From NCBI RefSeq assembly GCF_964355755.1, contig NC_092671.1:19158001-19222000 (forward strand): a DNA stretch of 64,000 bases, written 5' to 3'. Under the pieces are notes generated by a model that searched no databases, was not told where the DNA came from, and saw nothing but the letters and a program-made list of their open reading frames with translations. This stretch comes from Antedon mediterranea. Its lineage: Eukaryota > Animalia > Echinodermata. The translations under genes were made by a program, and so were the position numbers. The stretch's first letter is position 1; each line of letters starts with the position of its first letter. This document shows positions 27,979-40,229 of the stretch, one piece after another.

Positions 27979-30900
27979 TTTATTTCACAGGCACATAGTC
28001 TTTAAATTATAAAATCTAATAAGAATAAAATACATTAAATTATATAATAATATAAATTATAACAATTTCAATTAATTTCTCAATTTAATGTTGAATTTTG
28101 TTCTGTTACTAACCATTTAAAGATATGATAAACATGAAGAATAAGGAATAAAATTATAACTTTATGAAGGTTTTGTAGTTTTAATATGATTTTCACTATT
28201 ACCACACAAACAGAAAAAAAACATTTCAAAATATAATTATTAAGTAACTAATTTGTTTTCCAATATAATATTGAAAGTGAATAATTTATAACATTAAACT
28301 ATTCAACAAAAACCATTTTTAAGAGGGATGATATATAAAAATTATTTAGTGAAGGTCAAATCTTATTTTATTCTTTACTCTTCAAGTAAGCAAAAATAAA
28401 TCAAATAGTGCATGGTTTAACAAATGATAATGGGTTTTACAATATACCGTACATTATCCTCTTTTCAAGTTTGTCATTTAAATCAGTTAAATTATTTTGT
28501 GTAGCAGCCACTTTTTGTAAGTAAAAATATCAATTTTAATTTTTTAATGATCTTTAAATGTTTATATTTCATAGTTACCAATCATCTTGCATCAGAGTGA
28601 TTTTTATTGAAACACGCATTTTGCACAAACACACGCATGCTCACACATTGGTCACGCATTTACCACAAGTTTTTGTGTGGCCATTCAAATTAATTGGCTT
28701 ACTAAAAATATACATAGTTATGCAAGTGTTCATTATAAAGGCTTATCGCAAATATCTGATTGCGAAGGAACGTCATTGCGCCATGCATGGTGAAGAAATT
28801 GGAGGAAAAAAATAAACATCCAATTCCATAAACACAATGTGTGTGCCCATGTTCTTCCCATTATGTGTCTTGCATGTTATTTGCAGCCAACCGTATCATC
28901 ACACACACATCAATCATAAAAATATGTAGGCCTACATTTTCGCAGTGGTCACATCTATGGGTGTCACAGTACACAAGCGACTGGCCCTCTCTCTACATAA
29001 CAGCAGTGTGTGCACATACTAAAATGATGGCGAGACATGGTATTGTCAATAAACACTCTAAAAACTCTACAGGGGGTCATAGACCTCGCACATTGTCCAA
29101 CAAAACCCAACCCCCACCGACCAACCATTACCCTCTCTTCTCCCTATCACACCAAATGATAGAGTCTGTCACGCATTTGGTAACTACAGTATGATTAATA
29201 TTTTGTTTAAATTAAAAATTCAAGCAACACCCATATTAAAAATCATTTAAGTCTAATTAATAAATCATGAAACAAAACAAAAACAAATTTGGCCTCAGTA
29301 CAAAGTACAAGATTCCCATGATATCCTAATTCCATTCAAAAAATGCATTCTCAGAAGGTCTGTACCTAGAAATTTGTCTTCAATAAATGCATCCCCTGAC
29401 ATTTTGTCCTTAGAAAATTTGTCTGTACACAATTTATTCTCAGTCTTTATGTCTCCAAGTACTTTTCAAAATCCTAGTTACAATGACTTTGCGCACAGGA
29501 TACATAATCCAATGTTTAACATCCACAGGGAGAAGGTTACAGATGATGTAATCCTTGATATAACTATTCAAGATAGGTTATAAGAATTGGACCAATTATC
29601 AGTATTAATTATTAATGAATGAAAATGACCATACTCTGGAACAGCCAAAAATAACTCATCAGATTGATCATGTATAATTTATTTCATAAATTGTGAGAAT
29701 CAAAAATTAATTAAAAAATATTTGGCAACAAATATCGTATATATAATGGCTGATTTTTTTGCAATATAAACAGGCCCTATGAAAACCACTTTTAATTGTT
29801 AAACTATTGAGTATTGTATTATAAAATAAATAAATAGCAATAGGTGCTTGAATTGAAGTAGAGTATTTATTTTGCATTTGTCAGTAGGTATCAACACTCT
29901 AGAGAATGATAAATGTGCAATTTGATTGATGAGCCATTAAGCTTGTTTATTGGTCATGTATTACTGTAATAAAACATTGACCTGAAGGTAAGCTAGCTTG
30001 TACTACAGATACCTGGCTGGCGCCAATCTGTCCAGCACTCTCACTTTAAATTGAGATCAGATGAGAGCCTACCTTCTGTCAGGTGTAAAACATTGACAGA
30101 CAAAATATGCAGTTATGGGCAGTCACTAGGGTAAAAATATCATACTGCAAGACATTTTCCAAACTAAAATATGGAAAAAAATGTTGTTTATACACGCATT
30201 TCAAGTTTTATTTTATTCAAAAATGCATACAGTAAAAATATAGTGTATTCTAGGCTGTATACTCTTCGACAAGTGGGCAGTGTTTATGAAGGATGATACC
30301 AGAAGAAATTGATAGAAGAAGAAATTGATAGAATAAGGAATTGTAGAAATGACTGGGTGAAATGGACTGGAAAATTACAGCAAGTAATGATATCAAGAGA
30401 AATAAATCATTGCAACATTTTTAATTTAATAGAATATAGGTCTAGGTAGAACAAATGTGTAGATGATTTGAACAGGTCTTGTCCAATATATTCTATAGTT
30501 CTAGTTCAAACTTCATTTAATTGATGAGATCTAAAACCAATAATGGGGTTTACTAGGTGACACTCAATAAAGTAGTACACATTTTGAATTTGGTGCGAAG
30601 ATACAGATGGAATAATCAACCCAAAAAAAACAACTTGTAGAATGTACCATCTACAATTTTGTTGAAAGACTGACTGTTCATTTCATTCAATACACAAATG
30701 ATATTTTTAGTTCAAGGATTGGACTTCCTTAATCCTGTTCAATCGCCTTCGTTCCTCTGACATATCCTTGCTACTGTATGTTCCTTGTTTCCAGTCAGTT
30801 GGTCTGACTTCTTCTTTCATTGCATCTTATCATTTGAATGAAGTTAACAAAATCCAGGGTATAAATACACATTTTATCATTTTTTGGGAATTGTTCCAAT

Positions 30901-31802
30901 ATTATTAAAAATAATTAAAATTTAAAAATATAGAAAAATATTATCCCTATTCAGCTTTTAAAATTATTGTTATATTGTAATTTGTTATTAATAAATTCAC
31001 CATTTAATATCAAATTCAGCTAATAAAACATGATATTATTTAAGCTTAAATATTACGATAACTCAATAATATAAGTAACATATTGAAAAAACATTATGAT
31101 TTATTTTAGCATGTCTTTCGCTATTTCGCCAAACTGCATTAAATCGTTTCATTAGTTAGTTAACGCAAAGAATGAAAAAGTTATTTTTAGATCAGATTAT
31201 CAAAATTATTTTTTAAATTAGTAGAACTTTATTTAAATGATTATGAAAGCAATAACATTAATATCGACAAAATTATACTAAATAGAAAAATGTTGCCTTT
31301 TGTCATCTTTTTCTTGTGTTTACCTCAATGTCATCAATGTCCCAGAATACCCAGAGGGAACATCAGGATATTACCACTTTACAAGTTCATGATTATCAAA
31401 GTGCTTCAACAAATTTCTGTTGACACCCTTCATTTCAGTTTTAAAAAGTTTCTAAATGTAAACTACTTTTATTCTAAAATATAAAAGTTCTACCTTGACC
31501 TTTTAGTTGTATTATATCAAACAAATTTTCAGCAAATTGGTGGAAACAAACAAGGATATCTTGAATTGAATTCTGCCTCAACGTTACTAAATGATTCTTA
31601 ACTATCCTCCGCTAAATGCTGTATCCTTTCTAAGAAAAATCAAAATAGTACTATGACTTGGGAAGATACATGGTATGGTAAAGAAGTGATGCATGAAAAT
31701 CAGGAACATGATGCACAAAACAGGAAAAGTAAAGAGATGATAGAACCAGTATGGAACAATCACTAACTCTTTGGAAGAGGGAGAAAATCAAGACTTCAAT
31801 AA

Positions 31803-31935
31803 AAGATGACGAATAATGATGGTGATGACAGATGACGACAACAACAATGATGATGATGACGACAGATGATGATGATGATGATGACGACAGATGATGATGA
31901 TGATGATGACAGATGATGATGATGATGATGATGAC
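31803..31935. repeat. (GAT)n microsatellite with GACA interruptions
   Basis: Seen directly in the sequence; explains the poly-H/S/D/M ORFs. Confidence 0.95.
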
Positions 31936-33647
31936 TGTAGGTTAGTGCAACAAGAGTTCTCAACTTTTCTTTCAACGTTAATCAAACTAAAATTCCATAG
32001 TAAATATAATTTCAGTACAGTAGTTATTTTTTGTTGTTGCATGCACATATTTTGGGCACAGAATGATTTGATAGATGTGTAGTTTGCGTCTCCATGAATT
32101 AATGAAAGGCAACCATACTGTGTTTTGAAACTTGTACCACAGAAAAGCATATGGAAGCTTTTTGTGGCGTGTAGGTCCTTGATTTCCCAATATTAATATA
32201 AATCATAATTTGCGTAAAATGTATTCCATAGTATTAATCTCCATTTCCGTATCTCTCTATTGGGCTAAATTTCCGTATAATTATGGGTGTTCCATATTAA
32301 CCTTGTTATAAATGTACAGATATACAGTACTACTCTTGAGATATTACACAATTTGTTGATACTCTTGCTATGTAATTTTATTTCAAAACTGTGGAATGTG
32401 CCTCAGGTGTAAATGATTGATCATTGAAATTATTCAAATGTCATTTCAAAGGTGTGTTGTATCTTATGACATACCTGACTACATTCTGTTTATTCATTGG
32501 TTAATAAATCAACTAGATCTGTCTGTATACCTGTGCTAACCTGCAATGGAAAAACATAACAGTAGAATCCTGGCACCAACCCCTGCTATGGCAGGCCCTT
32601 TATGAACCAACTAGTATTTATAAGAGCACCTATACCACTGGCTTAAAGTGGTGGCGCCAACAGGTCTAGACACAATAACTCAACATATTTCACAGCTGCC
32701 TCATAAGACATGATCTCAGCATTACAAGCTTAATTTAATATTCATTGCTCATGTCAAATGCTCTTACATCAAACAAGGGACCTCCCTCCTTAACTCACCT
32801 GTTCCTTTAATAGGAACCACACACACCTATGTATAGTAAGGTGAGAAGCTGACCAACCTGGTGCCAGGTAGTCTACTGCCCATTAGGCAAACATTCCATT
32901 AAGTCAAGAGATAAAAAAAGATGACAAAACGTTTTGCCCACCACTCCAGGTAGCAACAAATAAAACAATATAAACAAACATTTCCAATTGAAAACAAATA
33001 GTAAAGTTTGATGAAAAGCAGCAATAAAGTTACAATCATTTTGTTCAATAATAATATTAATCAAGTTTGATTTTTAAATAAATGATTATTTTTTTATCAA
33101 TCAAACACCAGGAAAGAATTTTCCAATTTAAAAAGATAATATAGAAATATTTGTTTGTTCATCATTCACTTGTGAACTAACTAAATTGTCTTTATTTTTT
33201 AACATAGTAATTATTGTAGGGTATGAAACACTAGTGAGCTTTTACATCAGGACATTAGATGGAAGGGGATGGTAGATGAAAGGAAATGGTAATTTATACA
33301 AAATATTAATCTGCACATGCGTACAAGCCTAGTAATGTTATACTACTGTATGTCTCGTTCATTATCGGAACTGTATTTTTCATCAACAAATAAAAAAATG
33401 GCCAGTTACAAAGTGAATGCAAGTGATAAGCCTAAGACCTAGCCTGGCTAACACAGAAATTGCTCAAATACACCAAGCCTACATGTACACGATCTACGGA
33501 CTATGTCTAGGCTGGGACCGACAGTCGTCGCTTGTGTCTGGAATAACAGTCACACTCTGTTAATGACCATACCCTTCATTTCAAAAGCTCCCTATTGAGA
33601 AATACTGAATAACACACTTACTAATGAATGTATTTCTTACTTGTGAT

Positions 33648-34245
33648 TGCGGTATCATATATTACAGTAATTGTACTGTATGTAAATGTGTTAGCATATT
33701 ACAGTATTGTACTGTAAATGTGTTATCATATTACAGTATTGTACTGTAATTGTGGTATTATATTACAGTATTAGTATATTGTACCATAAATGTGTTATAT
33801 TACAGTATTGTACTGTAATTATGGTATCATATTACAGTATTGTACCATAAATGTGTTATCATATTACAGTATTGTACTGTAATTATGGTATCATATTACA
33901 GTATTATACTGTAATTGTGGTATCATATTACAGTATTGCACTGTAATTGTGTTATCATATTACAGTATTGTACTGTAAATGTGTTATCATATTACAGTAT
34001 TGCACTGTAATTGTGTTATCATATTACAGTATTGTACTGTAAATGTGTTATCATATTACAGTATTGTACTGAAATTGTGTTATCATATTACAGTATTGTA
34101 CTGTAATTGTGGTATCATATTACAGTATTGTACTGTAATTGTGGTATCATATTACATATAATATTACAGTATTTTAGTTTTACTGTATGTGCGGTTTTAT
34201 ATTACACTTACAGTATTGAAGTGTGGAATTGTGGTATCATCATAT
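33648..34245. repeat. 32-bp palindromic minisatellite (ATTACAGTATTGTACTGTAAWTGTGKTATCAT), about 17 units
   Basis: Period of 32 bp (for example 33961 to 33993). Each unit contains the inverted repeat TTACAGTA-ttg-TACTGTAA. Two unit variants are interspersed. Confidence 0.95.
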
Positions 34246-34539
34246 TACATTATTATGTGGATTTTAAGATATTCATACTTAAAGTATTACTTAGTAAACT
34301 GATGTATGGGTCGAACCTCTCGTCATGGGAGCCAACAAATAATATTTTCGACTGGTCACTTTACGTACCTCACTCAAACTAATCACCAACGATCTACTCG
34401 CACACCTTGTATAAAATGAGCAAAGAGTCTGAGGAACAATGCCTAACAATAGACCCGTCAGATAGGTCAATAAATATCAGGAAAAAAATAGGTGCTGCAT
34501 AGGCAGGATCATGTATAAAAATAAAACAAAGTTCTTGTT

Positions 34540-34996
34540 TCTGCCTCAAAATAAAATATTTATTGTACTAATACTTTCGACCATAGGTCATAGGTCATAG
34601 GTCACCATCAGGTACTGATAGAATATTGGTAAAAAAAGACGAAGACATTATAGGGAAAGGGTATACTAGAAAACAAAGGAGTCTATTATGGGCTATATGG
34701 GCGTAACAATGAACAAGCAAATAACAAATTGACAATAACGTTGACAAACAAAACATATTACATAATAACTCATGTCAATCAGATGTACAAGATAGTACTT
34801 AATTCCTAAATGATTTAAATGATACATAATAAGTCCATTGGGTTTGAGAGTTCCAAGTTGAAAAATTATACGTTCTTCTACAGTAGTCGTCTACGGTCAC
34901 GTTCAGATGAGTTGCATTGTTTTATGCCAGTAACCCGTATATCATTAATATTATGGTTATTATGAAAATGTTCTACAAATCTATCCCCAGGTCTAT
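34540..34996 (-). mobile_element. Penelope-like retroelement 3' fragment (GIY-YIG C-terminus plus pLTR hammerhead)
   Basis: The - strand gives RPGDRFVEHFHNNHNINDIRVTGIKQC...RDRRR, a frameshift, then VEERIIFQLGTLKPNGL, the typical PLE endonuclease C-terminus. It is followed by a hammerhead-like motif and AATAAA. Confidence 0.8.
34565..34615 (-). ncRNA. Degenerate minimal hammerhead ribozyme of the Penelope fragment
   Basis: The - strand reads GTAC-CTGATGG-T-[GACC tat gacctat gacctat GGTC]-GAAA-GTAT-TA-GTAC. Stems I and II and the GAAA box are intact. CUGAUGA is mutated to CUGAUGG, and stem-loop II is triplicated. Confidence 0.6.
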
Positions 34997-35600
34997 AAAT
35001 ACATTTTTTAAAGACAGAGCTACACAATATTGTATACTATATACAGTCTTACTGTAAACATGCTAATTAACAAATGTTTGTTAAGTCATTCAATGACCAT
35101 ACAAAAAAGCTTAATTTAATATTTCTCACATTTTTTACAAAACAAACAAAACAATTTTAATCTTTTCAATTAATCTAATAAGGAAACAGAGATATACTTT
35201 TAATTCAGACATTTTGAAAATTAACAAAAATAGGCACTGCAACTTTATGATTTACCCTTCCTGTGAAAGGTCTCAACGGGTAACATGGAAAATGTACAAA
35301 ATGTCCTTGGTTAAAATGACTGTTTGATGGAGATAAGAGGGTACCTACTGTACCTCTAATGGAATGCCATCTATCCAGGATACTATACTTGATCATCATA
35401 AAGAATAACAAAATCACATTAGATTTCAAGCTAAATATAATATCGTGACTCGTGTATGACTATTACTTTAAAATCTTCGGCTCATCAAAACTAGTAGTTT
35501 GCAGCCAAAAAAAAAATGTACATGTACTGTACAACTATCTATAGTTGTAACTATAACTATACAACTACATGTATCATGTTATGATGAACCGGCCGACATT

Positions 35601-36100
35601 AGGGAGGTTTCGCAACCTTACGAATACGATAACGGATACGTCACACATAAATTGTGAAACTTTTGAGCTGATCCCCATTTCATATTCGTAAAGCGTATTC
35701 GTGTTAACGAATATCACCAGTCATATTCGTAACTACAAAATGAGTATTGATCTATTTTGCACATTTTGCATTTGAATCAGGAATGATTCATGATTATAAT
35801 GTAATTATACTTTTATTGAAAGTAATTTACTAAAGTAATTTACTAAAATGCCAGGTAAATTTTGATAAATAGCAATTTTTAAAGTCCTCACTCGCTTTGA
35901 TGTTACGCTAGGCCTAGACAGCCAAGCACCAAGCAACACGTACCTGCGCTTCCCTCAAATTTACCGCAATCATATTATGGAAGGCACCTCAATATTTCGT
36001 TGCCATGCGAAACAGATTTTTACTGGCTTACGAAAAACGAATACATGTGCGTGACGTATCCGTTTTCGTTATCGTATTCGTAAGATTGCGAAACCTCCCT
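35601..36100. mobile_element. 500-bp MITE of the PIF/Harbinger (PHIS) superfamily with an ATT target duplication
   Basis: TIRs of about 45-50 bp (AGGGAGGTTTCGCAACCTTACGAATACGATAACG...GATACGTCAC and its reverse complement). ATT is present at 35598-35600 and 36101-36103. Confidence 0.85.
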
Positions 36101-37227
36101 ATTGTGCAAGATGGTCCCGCATTTCAAAGTGAATTTTTATGAAACACGCATTTTACAGAAAAATTGTTAAACCAATTAGTTTATTTTACAAGTTTCATTT
36201 TCATTCATGATTTATTTTTATTTGTGCAGTGTGTTTTATGATACAAAGAATTTTAGTTTTGTGCAAAAAAATAAAATTGGTGATGTTTGGTTTATTTAAA
36301 GTTATTTCTTATTATATTTTAGATGTTACACGGTCTCTCTAATGCCAGCAGCATCTTTTGGGTGCTTACACATTTTTTGAAAACCTCAAAGATCAATTTT
36401 GTTATATTAATGTTATTACACATAATCAATTTTGAAAATGGTTTCACTATCTACTGTTTATCTATTATCAAGGAAAAATATAATAGAAATAAAGAAAGAA
36501 ATCTGTGTAAAAAGCAGGTAAAAAATCAGTTTCACTGTGGTTACAAACATCACCATCTCAGACACTGGATAGCTGTCACACTTTTCAATTAGCAACAATT
36601 AGCTTGCTAGGTGTTTGACAGGTTACATTTTCCAGTGGTTAGTGTTCATAGCCAGCAGGCAGTTTGGTTGGCTGTGAAAGGTAGACCAGATGACGCCACT
36701 AATAATTCTAGTTAATACACCACACACCAACACATGATGAGTATAGTAATTGTTCAGTTTTACAACAACTTAAATCCAACAAGTACTTTACATTTAACTT
36801 GGCTTTTAAATATTACTCTTATATGCAAACATTGTGCAATCTTCAAACATCAATACACAGAAGGGTAGATTGAAAGTGCATTCACCTTAGCTTAAAGGGG
36901 ATTTCCCTTTTATGATGTAATCATTGCTAAGGTCAACTGTTATTTGGTTCACCTAGCAAATAGCCTCCAAATCATAATCACCATGCATAGTAAAACCAAA
37001 TTGTTTTTTGCAATTCTTGAAATGCACACTCTAATAATACATAAAACTCATGTTTGTAATTCACCTGAAGAGTGTGACCAGCTTTGCTTTGATTGTAATT
37101 CTTATATGTCCCCGTGGATGATGATATTGACTGTGTAATTACCGTGATCCCGTTATTAAACATATAAAATCCAACAAGTTCTCAAGGAGTTTCATTTTGA
37201 CTATGTAATTTTCAAGTGAGAACTTAC

Positions 37228-37480
37228 CTCTGCGATCAAATAAATAAAAGTCATCTCAAACTCACGAAGAGCAGTCCACATCATCACAAGAAAACATTGT
37301 ACACATCGCACCACGTACAAAAAAACTTTCAACCAAACAATTTAAACTATTCATACATAGCGTATTTGGGAATGAAATTTTTCTCTCTGGACTACATTTC
37401 CCTCAGCTTCCCTTTGGATACGTGTTTTTGCTGCTGAAGCCCAGGAATTCCCCTTCTAAAACACACGCATCATCGTACCA
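37228..37480 (-). other. Candidate non-coding 5' exon of the - strand gene
   Basis: Consensus donor GCAGAG|GTAAGT at 37228/37227 and a second donor CTTC|GTGAGT at 37266/37265. The context is locally CpG-containing. The 5' boundary is a guess. Confidence 0.4.
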
Positions 37481-37689
37481 CAACAAAAAGTCGAGACATG
37501 CTAACAGTTAGTTAATGCAGTAAGCTGAAAATTTACTAAGGTTCACATAAAGTTAGTTTTTAGTTTGCTGACTTTTTTTTATGATAAACAAATTTGAAAC
37601 GCGGGCCAATTCAGGGTTGCGAGACAATGGGACACAACATCAAAAAGCGGGACAATCCTGCCGAATTTAGTACAGTTGAAATGTGCTCG

Positions 37690-37983
37690 TAAATCTAATG
37701 AAACGACCTAAAATTGATTTAACTTTGCTGCAGCCAAAAGGTGCTTGCTTCGCCAGCAAAGTAATTGATCTTTTATTTTTTCCCCTCACCTTTCAAAACC
37801 GATTTACGCATTTTTTTTTTAATTTTTTTTATATTTTTTTCATATGCATCCAACAGAGAGCAATTTACAGTGACGGCTGTACTGCGAGCACGTGCAGCGA
37901 TATTCTTAATCGCGCGATGGTTCTGAAATCATATGTACCTCCCTAATACGTTATTAAAACATGGTCCTCAGTCAAGTTGTCCT
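37690..37983. mobile_element. Possible one-ended Kolobok-like fragment
   Basis: A CpG-containing block ends in AGTTGTCCT|TTAA, inside the palindrome TGTCCTTTAAAGGACA. No matching left TIR was found. Confidence 0.3.
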
Positions 37984-39412
37984 TTAAAGGACATATTTTT
38001 ATTTTCTATAACTTACAACTAGCTAGTTACGTATTCACATAGTCTGGGTTCCAGACGGAGTTTTGTCTTAATATTAGTAAAAAGATAAATATTTTGGCAC
38101 ATATGGAGTTTCATACGTATACTACTTGATTTTGGATACTCCGTCCGTACAAGTCCCGTGGTTTGACACCAAGAATTCTGGGTGCATACGATTATCCAGT
38201 TGATTAGTTTCAGCCACATGCCATTGGCTACTCACTCGTACGCTGTTTTAATATTCATATTTCAGAATTTCAAAGACTCAACGCATGCGCTATGTTACGT
38301 TGTACATTGATGAATGTTTCTGAAGGCTAGAAATGATTTTATATGCCTAGTAGTCTGGTAAACATTTGATGCGATTTTTCCCAAGAACATGAAAACTCGT
38401 CTTGATATAATAGGCTAGCTTCTCAGCAAATCAAACATTGAATGGATCATTTATTATGCGGAGATAATTTGATTTAATTCCCACCCAGCCCAGACCCTGT
38501 CCCTGTGTGGTAGTGTGTAGCTCTGTTGTGTGCCCCTTATTGGCGTTTTATTTGGCAGGTCATACATACGAGTTGAGTAGCCCTACGAAGGAGGCCTAGG
38601 CCAGGACTAAACAGTTAATAAACAAAACAACTTGGCAACACGATTGTATATTTCAACAGTCAGTCTCGATCTTTTTCCTTTTTAAACAAAATGATCATTG
38701 GTTGATTCAAAATCCATTTTACATACCGCCCGCCCCATATAGCCAAATATGGTATGATAACCTACGTCATTCTTATCGAATGTTTGCGGTCTGCAAATCA
38801 ATTTCTATACGTGTTTCACAAGTCTGTATTCTCAGACAAAAATCGAAATAAAAACAAATAAATTTTAAAAAAGACAATGAATACAGACTTGGGGCAAGCC
38901 TAGTATTAACATTGCTCCTCCTTCCCCATCAAATCTGATTTGCTGGTGACAATTGGTTCATCCAGGATATGTTATAATAAATATCAGTAGTTTTGATAAA
39001 AAAAAAAGTCTGTAGTAAAGTTTTTTTACATGTCAGATCATTGTAATCGTCTAATCTAATGGCTGCCCTCATCCTCCTTTGCCAATGAATAAACATTTTC
39101 ACAGATATCAATTATCATCATTCTGTAACTTTCTAGTACACCAAACCTAGTTCCTAAGAAAGTCAAAGCTTTGTAGCAATCAATTTTGCAAAGGTGTTAG
39201 AATGATTATTTCTGTGTGAAAACAATTAATGATAAAGTTACAAAAGAGCTTGAGATACTACCTACCTTTGAATCTAGACATGAACCTTTGTACTGTATAC
39301 ATTATTTATTTGAACCAGATATAATTTTTTTTTTTATTTATTCAGGTATAAAACTTGCAAAAGGAGCTGCATGACTAAAAACTTTTTCAATCTCCACATA
39401 CTATTTCCAAAG

Positions 39413-39564
39413 TATCTTAAGAATATTTGGTAATACAGCATCTCATTTATATCACATGTGGTGGCTGTATCATGTAAATTTAGGTTAAGTAAAAGTGTTA
39501 GGTTACTACTACTAGATACATGTGAAACACATGTGATATTGTATTACCAAATATTCCTATGATA
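39413..39564. repeat. 152-bp foldback element with 47-bp imperfect arms (probable small MITE)
   Basis: The left arm TATCTTAAGAATATTTGGTAATACAGCATCTCATTTATATCACATGT aligns with the reverse complement of the right arm, TATCATAGGAATATTTGGTAATACAATATCACATGTGTTTCACATGT. Confidence 0.75.
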
Positions 39565-40084
39565 ATTCGTTAGATACAGTACCGAGAATCGGCTGCAAAA
39601 GTACTTTACAATTTACTTAAACATCTAACAATAACAAGTATGTAATAAAAACAAATTAAAAGGTACAGCAATATTGCTCTGTTTTGCGCTTTGGCTCATT
39701 GAACTATTGTTTAGTATATTAATTATTGTAGGGATGGATGGATGGATGAATTTTTAATTTTTTCGGTTCTGTTTGAATTGTTGATACTTGACCTTGCCAT
39801 TGCTTCGGAAAGTTTAGCTCAATTCAAAGATGTTCCAAATCCTGCAGATTTCTGCGGGAACCTCTCGAATTTCTATCCAATCTACTGATCTCCCAAATAT
39901 TAACGAAAGTTCTCAAAATGTTGGTTTTGGATAAAAACATTTTTCAAATCTATGTTTAGTATCTCAATTCTGTTTTTAGGTTATATATACATTACATCTG
40001 ATTAGTTGTATGATAGAATGCGCGAGGCACCTCTGGTATAAACAATAAAATGCTGATTGCGTGAGGTAATTTGTTTTTGAATTT

Positions 40085-40200
40085 AAAACATGTCAAATCC
40101 GTTGAATAAAAATGTACTAAATTTGTTAAAACATGTCAAATTTGCTGAAACACGTCAAATCTGTTGAATCACGTCAAATTCGTTAAAACATGTTAAATAC
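40085..40200. repeat. Short degenerate ~19-bp tandem repeat (AAACAYGTCAAATYYGTTR)
   Basis: About 6 recurrences of CAYGTCAAAT-like units. Confidence 0.75.
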
Positions 40201-40229
40201 ATTAATATGAAACTCAACATTAAGGTATA

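Noticed and set aside
33648-34245. 32-bp palindromic repeats as a CRISPR array, and ORFs 33979-34382
   Set aside because: The units are head-to-tail with no spacers, and the ORFs are translations of the repeat.
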